Shown piece after piece: positions 39,106-47,797 of a DNA stretch of 64,000 nt. Under the pieces are notes generated by a model that ran no database searches, was not told the DNA's origin, and worked only from the letters and a program-made list of their open reading frames with translations. The stretch is from Planctomycetota bacterium. GTDB taxonomy: Bacteria > Planctomycetota > JAJSAM01 > JAJVHW01. A program made the position numbers and the translations under genes. Positions within the stretch are counted from its first letter, which is position 1. Each line of letters opens with the position of its first letter. The stretch lies in assembly GCA_965248445.1 (NCBI GenBank), contig CBDFJG010000002.1:352001-416000 (forward strand), given 5' to 3'.

Positions 39106-39725
39106 GCCTGATCGACATCTCGCAGCGCGTCACGCAGACGACGGCGGTCTTCCCGGGGGACACGGAGTTCTCGCTGCGCAAGGTGATGAGCATGGAGGGC
39201 GGCGGCTCCTGCGACGTGGGCACGATCACGACGACGCTGCACATCGGGACGCATGCTGATGCGCCGTCGCACTTCGCGGCGGACGCGCCCGGCATCGGCG
39301 AGGTCCCGCTCGAGCGCTACTTCGGCCCCGCGAAGGTAGTCGAGCGAATCGGGGATGGTCCGATCACCGCGGACGAGGTCGCGACGTGGGGGATGATGCG
39401 CGGCATGCGGTACCTCGTGCGCACGCGCACGACGGTCGACCCGGACATCTTCCCGCCGGCGTTCGCCCACCTCGATCCCGCGGCTGCCACCGCACTCGCC
39501 CAGTCGGGCGTCACGCTCTTCGGTATCGACACGCCGTCGGTGGATCACCAGGACAGCAAGACGCTCGACGCGCACAAGGCGCTGCTCGCCGGTGACGTTG
39601 CAATCGTCGAGAACCTCGACCTCACCGCCGCCCGCCCCGGCCACTACGAGCTGATCGCGTTCCCGCTCAACCTCCCTGGCGCAGATGCGAGTCCCGTGCG
39701 CGCGGTTCTCCGCACCCTGATGTAG
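39102..39725 (+). CDS. kynB: Kynurenine formamidase (cyclase family)
   Basis: HIGTHADAP.H, GIDTPSVD, ENL, ASPVRA. Confidence 0.85.
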   Translation: MSLIDISQRVTQTTAVFPGDTEFSLRKVMSMEGGGSCDVGTITTTLHIGTHADAPSHFAADAPGIGEVPLERYFGPAKVVERIGDGPITADEVATWGMMRGMRYLVRTRTTVDPDIFPPAFAHLDPAAATALAQSGVTLFGIDTPSVDHQDSKTLDAHKALLAGDVAIVENLDLTAARPGHYELIAFPLNLPGADASPVRAVLRTLM

Positions 39726-39771
39726 CCGCGCGTCGAATCCGTTACGCTGCCCGCGCAATGGAGGGGCAGCG

Positions 39772-40326
39772 ATGAGCATCTTCTCGCTCGAACGGGTGTG
39801 GCGCCTGAACGACGGCGAACGGACGTACCGCGTGGCGGCGAAGGTCTGGCAGGAACCGCCGACCACCGCGCTGCTCGTGACCGTGGACGACGTGCCCCAC
39901 GTCGATGGCAAGGCGTGGGTCATGGATCTGTCCGAGATCTGGCAGACGTACGGGATCGAGCTGGGCCCGCGAACGGTCGCACTGCGCGCGTTCAAGAAGG
40001 GCTTCCACGGCCATTGCACCGACTTCGAGCTGATCGCGGACGGACAGGTGCTGCCCGAGAGCGAGCATCGTTTGGTCCAGGCGGCACCGTCGACGCCGCC
40101 GCCCAACGCTGCCGCAGCCCCGGTTGCCGCCGCCACCGCACCGCCCGCCGGTCAGACGACGGTGCGCGAGGTCCCGACGGTCCCCGCGCTGCCGACGACG
40201 TGCCCGCACTGCCGCGCCCCGCTGCTCGCAGCCGAGACGAAGTGGACCGGCCCCCTCGCCGCGGAGTGCCCGTACTGCAAAGCGGGCATCGCTGCCGAGT
40301 GGCGCCGCGTCGCCCCGGACCAGTAG
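39772..40326 (+). CDS. Hypothetical protein with C-terminal zinc ribbon
   Basis: CPHC...CPYC; GGAGG RBS. Confidence 0.7.
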   Translation: MSIFSLERVWRLNDGERTYRVAAKVWQEPPTTALLVTVDDVPHVDGKAWVMDLSEIWQTYGIELGPRTVALRAFKKGFHGHCTDFELIADGQVLPESEHRLVQAAPSTPPPNAAAAPVAAATAPPAGQTTVREVPTVPALPTTCPHCRAPLLAAETKWTGPLAAECPYCKAGIAAEWRRVAPDQ

Positions 40327-40339
40327 GCGCGCGCGCGGC

Positions 40340-40645
40340 CTAGTCCGGGCGGGCTCCCCCGCACTGCCAGCACGTATCGAACGACTCGGTCTGCTCAAGG
40401 TTGCAGTCCCAGCAGTACCACTTGCGCTGCTTACGGATGCGCTCCTGGATCTCGGCCAGGATCGACAGCGCGCGAGTCGCGTCCGCCTCGCGTACCCAGA
40501 TCTCGGAGCGCTGGTGACCCTGCACGACCGACTCGTCCCAGAGGAGTTCGTCGCCCCGGACAACGGTCGGGATGCCCTCGGACTCGAGAACGCCTTTGAT
40601 CAGTTGTGCCCGAGTCGGGTCGTCAGCGACGTGGATTCGGCGCAC
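40340..40645 (-). CDS. DUF2007-like protein with zinc finger
   Basis: LIKGVLESEGI, WYC.DC...FDTCWQCG. Confidence 0.75.
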   Translation of the reverse strand: MRRIHVADDPTRAQLIKGVLESEGIPTVVRGDELLWDESVVQGHQRSEIWVREADATRALSILAEIQERIRKQRKWYCWDCNLEQTESFDTCWQCGGARPD

Positions 40646-40730
40646 GCCCCAGATCGTACGAGTTTGCCCACGTGATGCCGGGGGCAGATCGGAATCGAGA
40701 CGCAGTGAGGCGAAGCCGAACGAAGGCCGA

Positions 40731-40796
40731 CGGGAGCAGATCGGAATCGAACCGACCAACCGGGGATCGCCCGGCACACCGGTTTTGAAGTCCAGC
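40731..40796 (-). pseudogene. selC: 3' fragment of tRNA-Sec; probable att site of a selC-integrated island
   Basis: Loop CTTCAAA (anticodon TCA), long variable arm, T-arm GTCGG-TTCGATT-CCGAT, 8-nt acceptor strand CTGCTCCC and G discriminator; 5' acceptor strand and D-arm absent. Confidence 0.8.
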
Positions 40797-40815
40797 CGGA
40801 ATCGACGTCCGCGGG

Positions 40816-43800
40816 CTACGCGACTCGCGTGGGGGACTCGCCGCCGCTCGGGTCGTCGTCTCCGAACTCGCGCTTCCACGCCGCCATGATCTCGCGGTTC
40901 CGGCGGAGGTTCGTGAGCATCGAGGTGCGCGTCTTCTCATCGACGTGCGCCACCCACTCGTCGAGCAGGCGCTTGGCTTCTTCGAGATGCGCGCGGTCGC
41001 CGGTCGCCTTCCAGAGGATGCGGCGGGCTTCGCGGCGCTCCTCGGGGTCGAGCCGCTCGTCGTGCTCGGCGAAGGCCGCGAGCGCGTCTGCGGCGTCTCC
41101 GCCGGGGAGGCACGCCAGTTCGCAGCGCGCGTGCGTCTCGCAGCCGGGGAGACTGACCTGCGCCGCGACATCCCGCGCCACGGCGAACGCCTCGCGCGCC
41201 CCGGCCTCGTCCCCCGCCGCGGCGCGCAGAGACCCGAGGGCCCCGCGCGTCACGGCCGCCAGGCGCCGGTCCCCGATCTCCTCGAGCACCGCGAGGCAGG
41301 CGAGCAATCGCTCCTCCGCGAGCGTCGGCTCTCCCGCCTCGCGCAGCAACTCGCCCAGGTTGTGCTGCGAGAGCGCCTCGCCGGTTCGGTCCCCGGCTTC
41401 GCAGCTGAGCGCGAGACACCGCTCGAACTGCGCACGCGCCTGAGCGAGGCGACCGCTGGCCAGGAAGACGATTCCCAGGTTCCCCAACGCGGAGATCTCC
41501 CGCGGTTGGTCTCCCATCTCACAGGCGAGCGCGCGCCGCCGCTCGAAGCGTGCCTCGGCCTCGGCGAGGCGCCCCTGGCTCAGGAAGACATGACCCAGGT
41601 TCCCCGTGGCGTTGGCCTCGTACTCCCGATGCCCGAGCTCGCCGCAGAGCGCGGCACCGCGCTCGTAGTGCTCCCTGGCCTCGTCGAGGCGGCCGTCGAC
41701 AAGGAGGACGTTCCCCAGATTCACCGTGGCGGCAGCCTCGCCGATCCGGTCACCGATCTCGCGGCGGAGCGCGAGACACCGCTCGTGGTGTTCCGTGGCC
41801 TCCGCGAGGCGGCCCTCCAGCTGCGAGACGGAGCCCAGGCCCCCCCTGGCGCGAGCCTCGCCGTCCGGATCACCGATCTGGCGGCTGAGCGCCAGGTCCC
41901 GCTCGTGATGCTCCCTGGCCTCCGCCAAGCGGCCATGGAACACCGACACGACCCCCAGATTGCTCCTCGCGTTGGCCTCGGCCATCCGGTCTCCGCACGC
42001 GATCGCGAACTCGAGCGTGCGGCGGCAGGCCGCCTCCGCCTCCCCGTGTCGTCCTGTCTGGCGGAGCACTTTGCCGAGCGCGTTGGCCGCCTCACCGCGG
42101 AGTCCGTCGTAGACCCCTTCCGCCGCCAGGCGCCCGGCCTCCCGCGCGCACTCCTCCTGACGCGCGCGGCGGCCCATCGTGTCCAGAGCGGCGGCGACTC
42201 GCAGCAGGGTCTTCGCACGCTCGCTGCCCGTGAGCAGACCGGGAACGGCAAGTGCGCGCTCGGTCAGCGCCACCACCTCTCCATGCACGTAGCCCTTGGC
42301 GAGGTGTGACCGCGCAGCAGGGAGGTAGCGCAGCGCCGACTCGCCTCGTGCGCCCTTCAGGTAGTGCCGACAGAGGTCGACGCACAGCGCGCCGTCGAGT
42401 GACGCGGGGTCCGTGTCCGCTGCCCCGGTACGGGTCTCGAGTGCCTCGGCGAGCGCTGCGTGGTACTCCTCGCGCAGCTGTTCGAGGAGACTGCCATAGA
42501 GCGCTTCCTGTACTTGGTGATGGTCGAACACCATCTTGCGACCCGCTGCACGAACCAGACGGTGCGCGCGTTCCAGTTGGCCGAACCGCTTCAGCGTCGG
42601 GATACGCCCGAGTCCGAGCACGTCGGCGATCAGTGCGGGGTCGAACTCGAACCCCCAGCAGGATGCCACATCCAGCAGATCGCGCTCTTCTTCGCTGAGA
42701 TCCGCGACACGCGCGTTTACCAGGTCCAGTACCGACGACGGGATCTGGATGTCGTCGATGACCTGCGTTCCGACCCAGCTGCCGTCTTTGAGTTGCGTGA
42801 TGAACTGCCCTTCGCGCAAGCCGCGGAGGATCTCGAAGACGAAGAACGGGTTTCCGTCGGACTTGACCGCAATCCGGTTGCCGAGTTCGCGCGCCAGTTG
42901 TTCGGACTGGAGCGTGTCCTCGAGCAACTGCACCAAGTCCTTCGGGCCGAGGCGGTTGAGCGCAACGTGGCTCGTCTGATCCAGCCGTGTGAGACCGGAC
43001 GTCCAGTCGTCGGAGACGCCGGGCCGTGTCGTGCCGATCAACAGCACGCGGTGCCCCGGCGCTGCCATCGCGAGCGACGTGAACAGCGCGCGGCCCTCGT
43101 CGGGGGCGAAGTGCAGGTCGTCGATCAGCACAACGGTCTGGCGTTCGGCGCCTAGTGCGCGGGTGGCGTTGACGAAGCAGGTCTGGAGCGAGTCCTTGGT
43201 GAGCGTCTCCTCGCCCTTCGGCGGCGGCTCACCGCGAAGCAGCGCGTCGAAGGCCGGCACGAGGACCGGCGTCGCCGTGAGGTACTCCGCACAGCCGTCC
43301 GCGCCGAACTGCTCGCGATACGCCGTCGAGAACCCGCCCGCCGCCGTGGCGGCTCCGCCCGGGGGGTAGCTTCCGAACAGGAAGTTGATGTCCTCCCCGT
43401 CCCGCTGCATCCGGCCGATCAACTCGTCGATGAGGCGGGACTTGCCGATGCCGGCCTCGCCCTCGATCAGCACGACGTTGCCGTCGCCGGACTTCGCTGC
43501 GTCGTAGAGCGCGCGGAGCTTCTTGAGTTCGTCCTCGCGGCCGTAGACCGCCGTCTCCCGCGGGATGCGGACACGGCGCAGCGGGCGCTTGGTAAGCGTG
43601 CGGATCATCGACGCGCGGCGACGCCACCACGCGGAGTCCTCGCCGGAGTCGAGCACGGCTCGCAGCGCCTCGGCGTCGGCGAACCGCCCCTCGCGGTCCT
43701 TGGCGAGCAGGCAGTGCACGACCTCCTCGAAGAACGCGGAGAGCTGGGGATTGATCTCCCCGAGCTTGCGCGGCTCCTCGTGCAGCACGCGCCGGACGAC

Positions 43801-44448
43801 CTGCGGGATCTCGTCGGCGTAGTAGGGGCTGACGCCGGACGCGAGTTCGTAGAGCACGAGTCCGAGCGCGTGCAGGTCGGCGCGGCCGTCGAGTCCTTTG
43901 CCGCCGCCCTGGAACTGCTCGGGTGCCGCGTAGTGCAGCGACCCAACGAACATCCCCGTCTGCGAGAGCCGCAGCGCGTCGTCCGTCGAGCGCGCGACGC
44001 CCAGATCCATGATCTTGACGACGTAGTCGGGCGTGATGAGGACGTTCTCGGGCTTCATGTCGCGGTGGATCGCACCGGCCGCGTGGATTGCCGCCAGCCC
44101 ACTGCTCACCTCGTGCCCAATGTGACGGCAGAGCTCCTCTGGCACGCGCTCGAGTTCGACGAGCAGTTCCGCGAGCGTCTGCCCTTCGACGTACTCCATC
44201 GCGAGGTAGTGCTGCCCGTCGATCTCCCCGCCGTCGAACGTGCTCACGACGTTCGGGTGCCGGACCGTCTTGCCGATCTCGACCTCGCGCCGGAACCGCT
44301 CCGTGGCGTCGCCGCCCGCGAGCAGTCGGTCGTGAACGATCTTGAGTGCGACGACGCCGTCGGGGCCGGTCGCGCGATACACGGTTCCCATCCCGCCCGA
44401 GCCGAGCTCGCGGTCGATCACGTACGGGCCGAGGCGCGTCCCCTCCAC
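40816..44448 (-). CDS. Ser/Thr kinase - P-loop ATPase - TPR multidomain protein
   Basis: LGSGGMGTVY, HRDMKPEN, APEQ; GEAGIGKS, LIDDLH, GNPFF; many TPRs; IS end lies about 10 bp upstream of the GTG. Confidence 0.9.
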   Translation of the reverse strand: MEGTRLGPYVIDRELGSGGMGTVYRATGPDGVVALKIVHDRLLAGGDATERFRREVEIGKTVRHPNVVSTFDGGEIDGQHYLAMEYVEGQTLAELLVELERVPEELCRHIGHEVSSGLAAIHAAGAIHRDMKPENVLITPDYVVKIMDLGVARSTDDALRLSQTGMFVGSLHYAAPEQFQGGGKGLDGRADLHALGLVLYELASGVSPYYADEIPQVVRRVLHEEPRKLGEINPQLSAFFEEVVHCLLAKDREGRFADAEALRAVLDSGEDSAWWRRRASMIRTLTKRPLRRVRIPRETAVYGREDELKKLRALYDAAKSGDGNVVLIEGEAGIGKSRLIDELIGRMQRDGEDINFLFGSYPPGGAATAAGGFSTAYREQFGADGCAEYLTATPVLVPAFDALLRGEPPPKGEETLTKDSLQTCFVNATRALGAERQTVVLIDDLHFAPDEGRALFTSLAMAAPGHRVLLIGTTRPGVSDDWTSGLTRLDQTSHVALNRLGPKDLVQLLEDTLQSEQLARELGNRIAVKSDGNPFFVFEILRGLREGQFITQLKDGSWVGTQVIDDIQIPSSVLDLVNARVADLSEEERDLLDVASCWGFEFDPALIADVLGLGRIPTLKRFGQLERAHRLVRAAGRKMVFDHHQVQEALYGSLLEQLREEYHAALAEALETRTGAADTDPASLDGALCVDLCRHYLKGARGESALRYLPAARSHLAKGYVHGEVVALTERALAVPGLLTGSERAKTLLRVAAALDTMGRRARQEECAREAGRLAAEGVYDGLRGEAANALGKVLRQTGRHGEAEAACRRTLEFAIACGDRMAEANARSNLGVVSVFHGRLAEAREHHERDLALSRQIGDPDGEARARGGLGSVSQLEGRLAEATEHHERCLALRREIGDRIGEAAATVNLGNVLLVDGRLDEAREHYERGAALCGELGHREYEANATGNLGHVFLSQGRLAEAEARFERRRALACEMGDQPREISALGNLGIVFLASGRLAQARAQFERCLALSCEAGDRTGEALSQHNLGELLREAGEPTLAEERLLACLAVLEEIGDRRLAAVTRGALGSLRAAAGDEAGAREAFAVARDVAAQVSLPGCETHARCELACLPGGDAADALAAFAEHDERLDPEERREARRILWKATGDRAHLEEAKRLLDEWVAHVDEKTRTSMLTNLRRNREIMAAWKREFGDDDPSGGESPTRVA

Positions 44449-44498
44449 GCGCACAGGCCGGGACGTGTCAACGACTTTGAGACACCGCGTCTTCGAGT

Positions 44499-45527
44499 TT
44501 AGTGAGCAGCCTCCTGTGTCGCAGTCTCCAGCGCCGCGAGTTCCCGGGCCGGCGGGTTGATCCACGTCTCGGTCGGCAGAGCCGGCGGCGTCGGCGCACG
44601 GCGCACGAAGCGCTCGGGATGCGCCGCGTACGCGGCATCGAGCACGACCGAGCGCGCGGCGACGGCCGCTTCGGCGCGGCCGTAGTGCACGGTCTCGGGC
44701 GTCAGCAGCCCGAGACTCGAGTGACGATGCTCGCGGTTGTACCAGTGGAAAAAGGCGCGGCAGTGCGCCCGCGCGTCCTCGATGCAGCCGAAGCGCGCTG
44801 GGAAGTCCGGCCGGTACTTCAGCGTGCGGAATTGGCTCTCGGAAAACGGATTGTCATTCGACGTGTACGGCCGGCTGTGCGACTTCGTCACGCCGAGATC
44901 GGCGAGCAGAAAGGCCACCGGCTTGCTGATCATCGGCGGCCCCCGATCGGAGTGGATCGTGAGCTGCTCCGCCGCGATCCCCTGCTTCTCGCAGGACTGC
45001 TCGATGAGTGCCGTCGCCAGCGCACCGCTCTCGCAGTCCGCCAGCATCCAGCCCACGACGTTGCGGGAGTAGATGTCGAGCACGACGTAGAGATAGAAGT
45101 AGCTCCACTTCACCGGGCCGCGGAGCTTGGTGATGTCCCAGCTCCAGACCTGGTTCGGGGAGGTCGCGAGGAGCTCGGGCTTCTTGTACGCGGGATGACG
45201 CAGCTGGTTGCGGCGCTCACGCACAGCACCAGCCGCACCGAGGATGCGGTACATCGTGCGCACCGAGCACAGGTAGCGTCCCTCGTCGAGCAGGATCGCC
45301 CACGCCGCAAGCGGTGACAGATCGCAGAAGCGCTCCTCGCTCAGCACCGCGAGTACGGTAAGACGCTCGTCGATCGTGAGGGCGCGCGGCGAGCGCCGGC
45401 GCGGCTGCTGGGGCCGGGGGCACGTGCGTGCCGTTCGGCGCCGATAGAGCGTGGCGCGCGTGACTCCGAGCGCGCGGCACGCGGGGGCGACGCCCACGCG
45501 TCCCCCCAGCTCCTCCGCCGCAATCAC
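44499..45527 (-). CDS. IS3-family OrfB
   Basis: Same translation as 4668-5696. Confidence 0.92.
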   Translation of the reverse strand: MIAAEELGGRVGVAPACRALGVTRATLYRRRTARTCPRPQQPRRRSPRALTIDERLTVLAVLSEERFCDLSPLAAWAILLDEGRYLCSVRTMYRILGAAGAVRERRNQLRHPAYKKPELLATSPNQVWSWDITKLRGPVKWSYFYLYVVLDIYSRNVVGWMLADCESGALATALIEQSCEKQGIAAEQLTIHSDRGPPMISKPVAFLLADLGVTKSHSRPYTSNDNPFSESQFRTLKYRPDFPARFGCIEDARAHCRAFFHWYNREHRHSSLGLLTPETVHYGRAEAAVAARSVVLDAAYAAHPERFVRRAPTPPALPTETWINPPARELAALETATQEAAH

Positions 45528-46027
45528 GTGTCGCTCCCGCTCGTCTCGGGCATCTCGATGCCCAGCAGCCGTGAGACTTTTCGCTGCACGTCGATGATCA
45601 CCTCGGCCGTCTCGAGCCGCTTCTCGAGACGGGCGACTTCGCGCTCGAGCTGCTCGTTGCGCTTCTTGAGCGCACGGTCCGGATCGGGCTTGGGACCACG
45701 CCGCTTGGGCGAGAGCGCCTCGAGCTGGCCCTGGTCCCGCGCGCGCCGCCACGTCAACAAGTGCGAGGAGTACAGCCCCTCACGGCGCAAGAGAGCGCCG
45801 ATCTCGCCGGGCTTCGTGCACGCGTCCGCCGCCTCGATGATCCGTAGCTTGTACGCGGCGCCAAAGCGCCGCCGCGAGGCGCGCGGCACGACCTCGGGGT
45901 CGCGCACCCCAACGTCCCCCGGGCCGCGCGCCCCGGGGGAGCCCCCTCCGCCTCGATCGCGCTCGCTATGCTCGCCCTCCCTCGGCTCCGGGATCTCCCC
46001 CGGCGCTGTGTTGTGGTTGTTCGTCAT
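45524..46027 (-). CDS. IS3-family OrfA
   Basis: Same translation as 5693-6196. Confidence 0.9.
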   Translation of the reverse strand: MTNNHNTAPGEIPEPREGEHSERDRGGGGSPGARGPGDVGVRDPEVVPRASRRRFGAAYKLRIIEAADACTKPGEIGALLRREGLYSSHLLTWRRARDQGQLEALSPKRRGPKPDPDRALKKRNEQLEREVARLEKRLETAEVIIDVQRKVSRLLGIEMPETSGSDT

Positions 46028-46098
46028 CGCTGGTTCCTCCACCGCCCTGCACAGTAATCATCCGTGGGGTCGGTGTCTCAGCCACGTTGGCACAGAGG

Positions 46099-47083
46099 GG
46101 GCCGCGGAGCTTGGTGATGTCCCAGCTCCAGACCTGGTTCGGGGAGGTCGCGAGGAGCTCGGGCTTCTTGTACGCGGGATGACGCAGCTGGTTGCGGCGC
46201 TCACGCACAGCACCAGCCGCACCGAGGATGCGGTACATCGTGCGCACCGAGCACAGGTAGCGTCCCTCGTCGAGCAGGATCGCCCACGCCGCAAGCGGTG
46301 ACAGATCGCAGAAGCGCTCCTCGCTCAGCACCGCGAGTACGGTAAGACGCTCGTCGATCGTGAGGGCGCGCGGCGAGCGCCGGCGCGGCTGCTGGGGCCG
46401 GGGGCACGTGCGTGCCGTTCGGCGCCGATAGAGCGTGGCGCGCGTGACTCCGAGCGCGCGGCACGCGGGGGCGACGCCCACGCGTCCCCCCAGCTCCTCC
46501 GCCGCAATCACGTGTCGCTCCCGCTCGTCTCGGGCATCTCGATGCCCAGCAGCCGTGAGACTTTTCGCTGCACGTCGATGATCACCTCGGCCGTCTCGAG
46601 CCGCTTCTCGAGACGGGCGACTTCGCGCTCGAGCTGCTCGTTGCGCTTCTTGAGCGCACGGTCCGGATCGGGCTTGGGACCACGCCGCTTGGGCGAGAGC
46701 GCCTCGAGCTGGCCCTGGTCCCGCGCGCGCCGCCACGTCAACAAGTGCGAGGAGTACAGCCCCTCACGGCGCAAGAGAGCGCCGATCTCGCCGGGCTTCG
46801 TGCACGCGTCCGCCGCCTCGATGATCCGTAGCTTGTACGCGGCGCCAAAGCGCCGCCGCGAGGCGCGCGGCACGACCTCGGGGTCGCGCACCCCAACGTC
46901 CCCCGGGCCGCGCGCCCCGGGGGAGCCCCCTCCGCCTCGATCGCGCTCGCTATGCTCGCCCTCCCTCGGCTCCGGGATCTCCCCCGGCGCTGTGTTGTGG
47001 TTGTTCGTCATCGCTGGTTCCTCCACCGCCCTGCACAGTAATCATCCGTGGGGTCGGTGTCTCAGCCACGTTGGCACAGAGGG
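46099..47083 (-). mobile_element. IS3-family element copy 3 (partial, tandem; OrfA 46508-47011 intact, OrfB cut after WDITKLRG)
   Basis: Equivalent to 5284-6268 of copy 1. Confidence 0.9.
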
Positions 47084-47714
47084 CCCGCTTGAGCAGCTTC
47101 GGCGGGGTCGGCCCGAGGTCGTACAGGCGGAAGTTCGTCGAGTCTGAGTCGGACTGGAACGTCCAGGGCGGGGCCGCGAGGTAACCGCCCGAACGCTCGG
47201 TGTTCAGGGCCAGGATGACGCGAACCTGCACCTGATCCTCGTTACTGTGGGTGCTCTTGTCGCTGAAGCGCGTCTTGGATCCGCTGGCGGGAACCGTCAC
47301 GACGACGCTGTTGGTGAAGCGCATCGGGAGCATGCGGAAGCCGCTACGCAGCGCTTCCCAGGGGTCGTCCTTCAAGCCCTGCGGGAAGACCATGTCGATG
47401 CGCCGGTTGCTGACGGAGAACTTCACCACGTTGGTGCCGAACAGCGTCTCGCCGTCCGGCAGGCGGCGCCCCAAGTTGAAGATGCAGAGCTGCAGGTCGC
47501 GCTCGATCGACGCCGCATCGGCGACCACCCGGCGGTCCCCCTCGTACTGCGTGAACAGCGCCTCGTAGGCCGCGCGGCCCTTCTTCCAGCTGCGCTTGCG
47601 GACGAGCTCGCGACAGCGGTCGAGGTCCGCCGCGAACGTGTCCTTGTCCTGCGCCGCCACCGGCACTGCCGGCAGGAGGATCAGGAGACCGAGGAGCAGC
47701 GCAAGGTTCCGCAC
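47084..47714 (-). pseudogene. Secreted protein truncated by IS3 copy 3
   Basis: Signal peptide; frame runs into the IS end. Confidence 0.65.
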
Positions 47715-47797
47715 GCCGCGAGCATACGCCATAGCACGCTACACCGGGATGGGAGGAGGGCCACTGGCTGGTCCCCCGGTCGGCGATCGGCGATACT

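Larger units (their letters stand above)
44459..46099 (-). mobile_element. IS3-family element copy 2 (complete)
   Basis: Matches 4628-6268. Confidence 0.9.

Noticed and set aside
40731..40830. Functional tRNA-Sec gene
   Set aside because: No 5' acceptor strand (GGGAGCAG) or D-arm; the upstream sequence is the end of the kinase gene.
44449..44565. N-terminal extension of the kinase in the ORF track
   Set aside because: Encoded by the IS3 terminal sequence.
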